A stretch of DNA of 64,000 nucleotides from Octopus vulgaris (Eukaryota), in assembly GCA_951406725.2 (NCBI GenBank), contig OX597839.1, forward strand, positions 9,052,001-9,116,000. Reading direction: 5' to 3'. Position numbers and translations under genes: made by a program. The notes below the pieces were generated by a model that was given only the letters and a program-made list of their open reading frames with translations, was not told where the DNA came from and searched no databases. Shown in pieces: positions 54,755 through 64,000 of the stretch (position 1 is the first letter of the stretch; every line of letters starts with the position of its first letter).

Positions 54755-55361
54755 ATACACACACATATGCATATGCACACATCATGACTCAGAAATCCCT
54801 TTAGCATTTAAATTACATGTAAAATTTATATTTTTTATATTATTACAACTTTGTTTCTCTATTTTTTGATATTATATTTACTACTTCACTGTGAATATTT
54901 CACAATAGTTATTCGTTCATTTGACATCTATTTCCCCCATGCTGGCAATAAGTTAGATGGAAGGTTATTTCAAGAAGAATCTTCTGGTCAGATGCCCTTC
55001 CCATCACCAACCCTTACCAGTGTTTTACAAGGAGGAAATTTGTTATTCTTCAACAGTGCCGAATGACCAGTCATAAAGGAACACCAATAGCTTTACTATT
55101 TTATTCATGTAGTGACAAGCATGGAATATCCATATTCATGCACATGTAATTTTTTAGCTGATTCCCAAGACTCCTCTGTCACCATCCAATTCCATTGTTA
55201 TGAATTTGAATTACTCTTTACTCTTAGCGGTCGGCAAAAGAGACCGATAGAATAAGTACTGGGCTTACAAAGAATAAGTCCTGGGGTCGATTTGCTCGAC
55301 TAAAGGCGGTGCTCCAGCATGGCCACAGTCAAATGACTGAAACAAGTAAAAGAGTAAAAGA

Positions 55362-55398
<37 letters not shown>

Positions 55399-55737
55399 TA
55401 CACACACACACACACATCTATTGCATAGATAATGTATGTAGTTAGAGTGTGCAGAGATAATTGTTGTTTATTCTGCTGGACCACTAAAGAGCTAGAAACT
55501 GACTTAATAGCTGTGGCTGGGAACTTACAATCTAAAATTCATCTAAAATCATACAAGCATGGAGGAAAAAGGACAGGAAATGAAAACTGAAGCAAACAAT
55601 TAATACAACAATAACAACAGCTGTAGTGGTGGTGGTGGTGGTGGCTATGGCTGCAGTGTGTGGGGGAGGGGGTAAGGGATAATGGCAGTCATGCTCAAGA
55701 GACTAGGAGTTATGGTAATGAAAATGGTGATGATGAC

Positions 55738-55780
<43 letters not shown>

Positions 55781-56012
55781 GTGATGATGGTGATGATGTT
55801 GATAAAGAGAAAGATGTGTGAGTATGGCAACAATGTGAACAATGAAGACAATAACAAGCACAACTTAATGGAGATGAAGTGATGCATTTAAGAGGCAGAA
55901 CGGTTCCTTCTAATTACACACCCACACATATATCATACATCATATATATATATATATGATATATGATATATATATATATATATGATATATATATATATGA
56001 TATATATATATA

Positions 56013-56063
<51 letters not shown>

Positions 56064-56167
56064 GGAGTAAGCACATATAAATGTGAAACAAGATGGAAAA
56101 AAAGAGTACTCAAATACCAGAAGTAGAGTAATATGTTTATTTAAAAGCAGCAGAAATATAACAAAAG

Positions 56168-56205
56168 CTGTTACTCAGAGTTTCACGTTCCCGTTCGTCG
56201 GACAG
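56168..56205 (-). ncRNA. Type I hammerhead motif (U4C variant)
   Basis: CUGU-CCGACGA-ACG(GGAA)CGU-GAA-ACUC(U)GAGU-A-ACAG; all three stems pair. Confidence 0.75.
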
Positions 56206-56312
56206 TTTTGTTAAAAAAACAAACTTTCTGTTGCTTTTAAAGAAAGTATATATCATTAGCTACTACATGCATTTTTTCTCTCCTTGTTTCTCACCTTGTT
56301 TTTTTCTGTGTA

Positions 56313-56350
56313 TCTTTCTGTCAAAGAGCATAGGCTCGAAACGTAAAAGA
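56313..56350 (+). ncRNA. Family H1 hammerhead motif with decayed core, within element 56262-56440
   Basis: UCUUU-CUGUCAA-A-GAGC(AUAG)GCUC-GAA-ACGU-A-AAAGA. Confidence 0.55.
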
Positions 56351-56438
56351 CTTTTTCTATTCCTGAGCGCTATACTAATACATCTGTTTGTTTGTACTCC
56401 ACCTGCCTTCGTCTCTTGTTCATTTTCGTAAACTTCCC

Positions 56439-56488
<50 letters not shown>

Positions 56489-56514
56489 GGAGAGAGATTA
56501 TATATAGATTTTTT

Positions 56515-56893
56515 TTGTAAACAACTTGCAGATACAAGTGCCCTCATTTGAAAGCTCTGCATACTGGATGCTAGCAAGTTTATAGGGTCATCAGGAGAGA
56601 ATGTGTGCTGTTTTGAGACCTTCCTCTTGACAGTATCACTGTGCACCAGCCCCACTCCCCCCTCACTGAACTGAGCCCCCCCCCCACATCCGCTTGCTAG
56701 ATCAACTGGTTATTAGGTTTCACTCAATATTTTTCTAGCTATTGCTCATTGTCTCCTTTTAACCAAATCCAGTGGTTTGCCTTCTCCACTGTAGTCTGGA
56801 TATCATTCACGGTAGTATTTGCTTTACGATGAGTTAGGCCTAGCGATAACAACAGCTGCCTCACATTGTGTCCAATGAATCCTCCGCATCTGA
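56515..56893 (-). mobile_element. HERO-like non-LTR element 3' end (end of the restriction-like endonuclease domain plus 3'UTR)
   Basis: RCGGFIGHNVRQLLLSLGLTHRKANTTVNDIQTTVEKANHWIWLKR resembles the HERO GCRGF...WLWLKR C-terminus. Confidence 0.65.
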
Positions 56894-56899
56894 AATCAG

Positions 56900-56930
<31 letters not shown>

Positions 56931-56933
56931 TGA

Positions 56934-57104
<171 letters not shown>

Positions 57105-58784
57105 CTATGTATGCATGTGTGTGAGTGTATATGCGTATACATACACACACACATTATGAAAGGGACAAGGGGGAAAGTAGGAAGAAAGAGAGGGGGATGA
57201 GAAAGGTAGACAGATGGAAAGTGAGGACAAAGAGAAAGAAAGAAAAAAGGAATGACAGAGAGAGAGAGAGGAGAGAGTTAGCAAGGTACAGAAAGTCGAG
57301 CAGAAAGACAGAAAGAGATGAAAAATGGGAATGGAAATCCTGAACAGGGATCAATGTCCAAATCTTTCCTAATCAACAGATATTCTGCTCTAACTGGATG
57401 AAGAATTTTCACAAGAAAGATTAGGATGTGTGAGGGTGGTGGGGTGGAACCCCATACAATCTATCAAACCTTAGCTAAGCAACTCAACAATGGTTTGTGA
57501 TGAGGTTAGTGGTGGTGGGGATGTGGTCAGAAGTCATTCCCAATCAAGATAGGGGTTGTGATCAAAAGCGTTCCTGCCATGACCATCCTGACTTCCAGGT
57601 AAAATGTTACTCAGATTACTCTTTTACACTTTAACTTGTTTCAGTCATTTGATTGCGGCCATGCTGGAGTACCGCCTTTAGTCGAGAAAATCGACCCCAG
57701 GATTTATTCTTTGTAAGCCTAGTACTTATTTTTGGTGTCTTTAGCCGAACCGCTAAGTTACAGGGACGCAAACACACCAGCATCGGTTGTCAAGCGATGT
57801 TGGGGGGACAAACACAGACACATACATATATACAACAGGCTTCTTTCAGTTTCCATCTATCAAATCCACTCACAAGGCTTCGGTCGGCCCGAGGCTATAG
57901 TAGAAGACACTTGCCCAAGATGCCATGCAGTGGGACTGAACCCGGAATCATGTGGTTGGTAAGCAAGCTACTTACCACACAGCCACTCCTATGCCTACAT
58001 TATCCAAGATTTACATGTGTCTTTCCATTTTTTTTTTAATGTTAATATGTGATGCGAAAGAAAGGAGGGTATTTGACTATTATTTCTAGCGAAACAACCT
58101 GTAGAGAGCATCTTCCTTATCTCAAAGGAGGAGTGTGTTAGCATGGGGGTGTAAGATTATGGTGGGAAGGTGAACTACCAAATAAAATTCATCCCATTAC
58201 CTCAGCATCCTCAACCTCTATGGGTAACCTTTCACATTAAAATATTTTTCTCTAGCTGTCTGCAGGAAAATATTTTGATGTGTTCATTAAGCTGACACAC
58301 CTGTAAATTTTCAAGGTGCTGCTTAGAAAGATGAGATTCAAATATAAAGCATTCTCCCTACCTCCACTCCACACACATTTTGAACAAAAAAAAAGAAAAA
58401 GAAATCAGTAATATATTTATATTCACTTTTTTACTTGTTTCAGTCATTTGACTGCGGCCATGCTGGGGCACCCCCTTGAAGGGTTTTTAGACAAACAAAT
58501 CAAACCTAAGACTTATTTTTGAAACCTAGTACTTATTCTAACAATCTCTCTGCCAAGCCACTAAGCTACAGGGACGTAAACACACTAACAGAAACACACA
58601 CAGATATACATATATACACTAGGCTTCTTTCAGTTTCCGTCTACTAAATCCACTCACAAGGCTTTTGTCAGCCTTACCCTATGTGCCACACATAGGACTG
58701 AACCTGGAACCTTGCAGTTGACAAGCAAGCTTCTTACCAAACACCAGTGCCTATATTATATTCTTCTTTTTTTCTACACTAAAG

Positions 58785-59443
58785 CAGTGGTACTCAACCA
58801 AGATCCATATGGCCCTTGGTGGGGCCATATAAGATTTTGTTGCTAAAATTTATCTGCAATAAACTGGTTATATTTCTACAAAACACAAAATATTTATACG
58901 TTTTTTTTTTAAAATACAATTCCTAATAATATTTAATAATGAAAATTATTAAATAATTATCATTATATTATTATATCACGTGATCACGTGACCGACCAGA
59001 CCATCAGATGTTGCTACACATCGCTGGTCACAATGCGTTCGCATTGTTTTAGCCTTCGAATGACGCCACCCCGCTAGCTAAGCAAGCAGGCCAACAGAAG
59101 AAAGAGTGAGAGAAAGAGTGGTGAAAGAGTACAACAGGGATCACCACCCCCTGCCGGAGCCTCATGGGGCTTTTAGGTGTTTTCCCTCAATAAACACACA
59201 CAATGCCCGGTCTGGGAATCGAAACCGCGATCCTACAACCGCGAGTCCGCTGCCCTAACCACTAGGCCATTGCGCCTCCACATATTATTATTATATAAAA
59301 TTATTAAATAATAATTATTAAACAATATTTAATAATGAAAATATAATAGGAGTCTTTTAGACATCAAATGGCTATGAGGGTTCCATCCTGAATAAAATGG
59401 GAATCAAAAGGGTCCATAGGCAAAAAATGGTTGAGAACCACTC
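58785..59443. mobile_element. hAT (Charlie/MER5-like) MITE with nested SINE C; partial copy about 25425-25574
   Basis: CAGTGGTACTCAACC...GGTTGAGAACCACT; imperfect 8-bp TSD CACTAAAG/CACTAGAA. Confidence 0.75.
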
Positions 59444-60709
59444 CACTAGAACAATGTTTCTTAACTTGAATGGTACCAGGCCCTTAAGGGGTGCTGTGAG
59501 TACACAAGGTATGACAAATGTCAGACAGGTGCAGTAGCAGGGTGTTTAAATGGTCCCAGGCTTTACTTTGAAATAAAATGTTTAAGCCAGATACAATGTT
59601 TTTATTTTAACTCTAGCGTTGAAATAATAATGAAATTATTGTATACAGGCACAGGAGTGGCTGTGTGGTAAGTAGCTTGTTTACCAACCACATGGTTCCG
59701 GGTTCAGTCCCACCATGTGGCACCTTGGGCAAGTGTCTTCTACTATAGCCTCGGGCCGACCAAAGCCTTGTGAGTGGATTTGGTAGACGGAAACTGAAAA
59801 GAAGCCCGTCGTATATATGTGTATATATGCGTGTCTGTGTTTGTGTGTCTGTGTTTGTCCCCCTAGCATTGCTTGACAACTGATGCTGGTGAGTTTATGT
59901 CCCCGTTACTTAGTGGTTCGGCAAAAGAGACCGATAGAATAAGTACTGGGCTTACAAAAAAATAAGTCCCGGGGTCGAGTTGCTCGATTAAAGGCGGTGC
60001 TCCAGCATGGCCGCAGTCAAATGACTAAAGAGAGAGTGCTCAGGTGCACCACAACTTGTCAAAAGTGCATATAAAGTATATGCAGTAATGTAAAAATGTC
60101 TGGAGAGCGAACAGTGTATGAGTCAGATACATGCGTGCATGTGTATGGAGTGGGTAAAATCAGGTGTAGTCTTGGCGAATCTCAGGAAGCATGGAAGTTT
60201 TGAAGGAAGCAGTGCTCAACCAGCTGTATCTGGTCTCAAATATTCTGTTTGTTTTATGTTTCAACCAGCTAAATCCAGCCTCTTACATTAGCCCTACAAT
60301 GTCATTCTAAAAAATAAACAATTGCATCATTGAAATTTTGGAGCTACAAGATAACGCGTGGTTAATTCAAACTTATGCGAATAAAGAAACATTGCATTTG
60401 ACAAAGTAATCTGAATGCTAAAGAGTTAAGCATATTTTCAAAACGATAATCTTTTAAAAATGAGTAGGAGACATTTGTATTATCAAAGAATAGAAATGGG
60501 AGCAATGAGGTGCAAAGGTGTAGTAGAATTTTGTTATAGGCGCAGGAGTGGCTGTGTGGTAAGTAGCTTGCTAACCAACCACATGGTTGCGGGTTCAGTC
60601 CCACTGTGTGGCATCTTGGGCAAGCGTCTTCTGCTATAGCCCCGAGCCGACCAATGCCTTGTGAGTGGATTTGGTAGACGGAAACTGAAAGAAGTCTGTT
60701 GTATATATG

Positions 60710-60740
<31 letters not shown>

Positions 60741-62288
60741 TTGTGTGTCTGTGTTTGTCCCCCTAGCATTGCTTGACAACCGATGCTGGTGTGTTTACGT
60801 CCCCGTCACTTAGCGGTTCGGCAAAAGAGACCGATAGAATAAGTACTGGGCTTACAAAGAATAAGTCCCGGGGTCGATTTGATCGACTAAAGGCGGTGCT
60901 CCAGCATGGCCACAGTCAAATGACTGAAAAAAGTAAAAGAGTAAGAGTATAAGTCCTTACCTTGTTTGGAAATTTCCATAAAAATTTTAACACAGGGGGC
61001 CACTAATCCATGCAAATATTTAAAAAAGAGGCACTAGGTGGGAAAGTATAAGAAAATATGGGTAATAAACCACTCTGTAACATTAGATACTGTTTGATTG
61101 AAGCAATCCTTTCTTGACAAACCATGAGGAGGGGGGGTGTTTGTGAAATGTAATTTGGTGAGGAGGGGCGCTGAGCTAGAAAAGATTAAGAATCACCGCA
61201 CTAATGCATAAAGCTACTGATTTTAACCCTAATTCTTTGTATTAAATTTCTTAAATTATACAAGAATAAACATGGTACTCCAGTGGAGGAGAGGATAGCG
61301 GTAGTGAGATGATAACAATGGTGATGGTGGCAGCAGTACTGTAGGTGGTGGTGGTGGTGGTGGTGGTGGTGGTGGTAGTGGTGGTATAGCTAATAAACTG
61401 TTGGCACAGGATAGAAAGTAGTACAAACAGAAAGTACATAAGTAAGGCTAGATATAGAAGAGAAGGAAAGACAGGGTGGAGAAGCGATAGGGGAAGGTTG
61501 CTTGGGGGTGGGTGGGGAAGAGGATGAAGAAATGTAGGAAGAGGGGAATGAGTCTAGAAAGAGAAGATGAGGAAAAGGTGGCGATGGTGGTGGTTAAAAA
61601 TTTGAGTTTCTCTCGTAACACAGTAAAAACAATAACATCTCTTGTTAAATAAATAGCAGAAGAAAGGAAAACAGTTGTTAAAATTCATTGGATTAACAAG
61701 TAGAACCACAACAGAAGAATATTACCATAACCGCAGCCCATCCCGACCCTCATTACGCCAGCAATGCTAGCAGGAACTATTAACATACAAGCACACACGT
61801 TCATCCATCGTACATATATAAGTACAACTGTTCTCTCACTTTCTCTTTCCACTCTCTCTCACTCAGGCATATACACACACTCAGCAAATACTATATACAC
61901 ACACACACACACATGCAACCAACATACTCAGCTAACATACACACAAAACAAAAAGAGAACAAGTACTCAATCCCTACAACGACGACTCATTAACAACGAA
62001 GATTCTCACAAAGACAGGCACAAGTCAGGTACAGGTATCGCATTTGTCAACACACACATACTCTTTACTCTTTACTCTTTTACTTGTTTCAGTCATTTGA
62101 CTGCGGCCATGCTGGAGCACCGCCTTTAATCGAGCAACTCGACCCTGGGACTTATTCTTTTGTAAGCCGAGTATTTATTTTATCGGTCTCTTTTGCCGAA
62201 CCGCTAAGTGACGGGGACATAAACACACCAGCATCGGTTGTCAAGCAATGCTAGGGGGACGAACACAGACGCACAAACACACACATGC

Positions 62289-62321
<33 letters not shown>

Positions 62322-62973
62322 TATGACGGGCTTCTTTCAGTTTCCGTCTACCAAATCCACTCACAAGGCCTTGGTCGGCCCCGAGGCTATAGTAGAAGAC
62401 ACTTGCCCCAGGTGCCACGCAGTGGGACTGAACCCAGAACCATATGGTTGGTAAACAAGCTACTTACCACACAGCTACTCCTGCGCCTACATACATACTA
62501 TATGCAACAGTCGAATAGAATAAACACACAAACACAAAAAACTACACACACACACAGGTATCACAATTTAGCCGATACAAAGAACCAGCACAAACGTGCA
62601 GGCAATATATAATTAGATCCACTCTGCTGGTCTTGCTCCACCCTACTTCAATCTCCCTACCACAAATCATCACAAGAAACTATAAACAACACAAAATAAA
62701 CATACTACATATCATCACAGGTTGCACATAAACCACAGTAGAAGACCACCTACACAACGAAACCTAAATGCCCAAAATGAAACACAAACCTAGAACTAGG
62801 ATCACAGTTTATTGTTGCAGCATACTCCACCCCACACAGTTCTTGCAAGCTACAAGGCAAAGTCAGTTTTAAACATACAAGCAAGTCTACAACTACAGCA
62901 GAACTTTTCTTCTATAACATGTAATTTAGCAACAGGGGCAGTACGAATACCAAGAGGTAGTATTTATCCCACT

Positions 62974-63201
62974 TTAACCACTTTTGTTACCAACCCAGCT
63001 GAAACCAGCTCTGGCTCTAAGTACAAATGTCTAATTTTCATAAGTTTTGCATTAAAATCTTCCACCAAACTTAGACACAATTTATGTTCCTAACACTAGC
63101 TGAATGATCACTAAGTTATTTTACTAAATCCTTTGTTATATTTAAAGTAATTGAAAGAAAAACAGAGCATCTCAAAATAAATACAGTAATGAAAGGGTTA
63201 A
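62974..63201. mobile_element. Second piggyBac-type MITE family
   Basis: TTAA-CCACTTTTGTTAC...GTAATGAAAGGG-TTAA. Confidence 0.7.
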
Positions 63202-63348
63202 TGTGGATGTTCTATTAAAATGAGATATACAGTGGTAGTTACTGACCAAAACCTTGTGAGTGGATCTGGTAGACAGAAACTGAAAGAAGCCCATCGTATA
63301 TATGTATATATATATATGTATATATGTATATATATATATGTATGTATG

Positions 63349-63703
63349 TATTGGTCTCTTTTGCCAAACCGCTAAGTTACGGGGACGTAAGCACACCAGC
63401 ATCGGTTGTCAAGTGATGTTGGGGGTCAAACACAGACAACACACAAACACATACATCATCATCATCATTTAATGTCCGTTTTCCATGCTAGCATGGGTTG
63501 GACGGTTTTGACTGAGGGCTGGCCATCTGGTTGCTGGCCCTCAGTCAAAACCGTCCAACCCATGCTAGCATGGAAAACAGACGTAAAATGATGATGATGA
63601 TGATGTTTGTGTGTCGTCTGTGTTTCACTCCCAACATCACTTGACAACCGATGGTGCTGTGTTTACGTCCCCGTAACTTAGCGGTTTGGCAAAAGAGACC
63701 GAT
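63349..63703. repeat. Inverted duplication (about 175-bp arms) of a SINE A / family D chimera
   Basis: The arms read as reverse complements around a short spacer near 63520-63537. Confidence 0.9.
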
Positions 63704-64000
63704 AGAATAAGTACTTGGCATACAAAAAATAACTCTCATATTGGCTTCTGGTATAAAATGCACACTTGATCATATCACTTGCAGGGAGATAAATCCCTGC
63801 CATCTCCAGTGCCGATACCACCAGACCACGTGATTTCAACCTTTTTTGGTCTTGTCAATGAAGATGCTTGATGGTCTCAGAGCTGGAGGTGGCAGGAATT
63901 TTTCTCATGGCAACTACCGCAGTATAATTTGTTCTAACAGATCATCTACATTTGAGTGAGGATAAATATTGCTATAACAGTCTCATAAGTACAACTACAA

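Overview
AT-rich, microsatellite- and transposon-saturated eukaryotic DNA. The SINE families and (TA)n/(CA)n/(CAT)n density are characteristic of an octopus (coleoid cephalopod) genome; this is inferred, not searched. The only host coding sequence I can support is one 2,297-bp internal exon (14670-16966, minus strand) of a ZMAT3/Wig-1-like matrin-type zinc-finger RNA-binding protein with a long Q/P/Y-rich low-complexity region, so the rest is probably intron. It holds at least three tRNA-derived SINE families, 3' ends of RTE, CR1, HERO and R4-type LINEs, Tc1/mariner relics and MITEs, piggyBac, hAT and Merlin-like MITEs, and two non-autonomous Helitrons. The main observation is a population of Penelope-type elements that sit only in (TA)n arrays. 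One is a young 2.3-kb fold-back GIY-YIG element. The others are short non-coding modules carrying minimal type I hammerhead ribozyme motifs from about 5 families, some with covarying core pairs (C3-G8, A3-U8, U3-A8), and they often occur as back-to-back or tandem pairs. Most ORFs in the supplied track are microsatellite artefacts. Repeat coordinates are approximate to a few bp.
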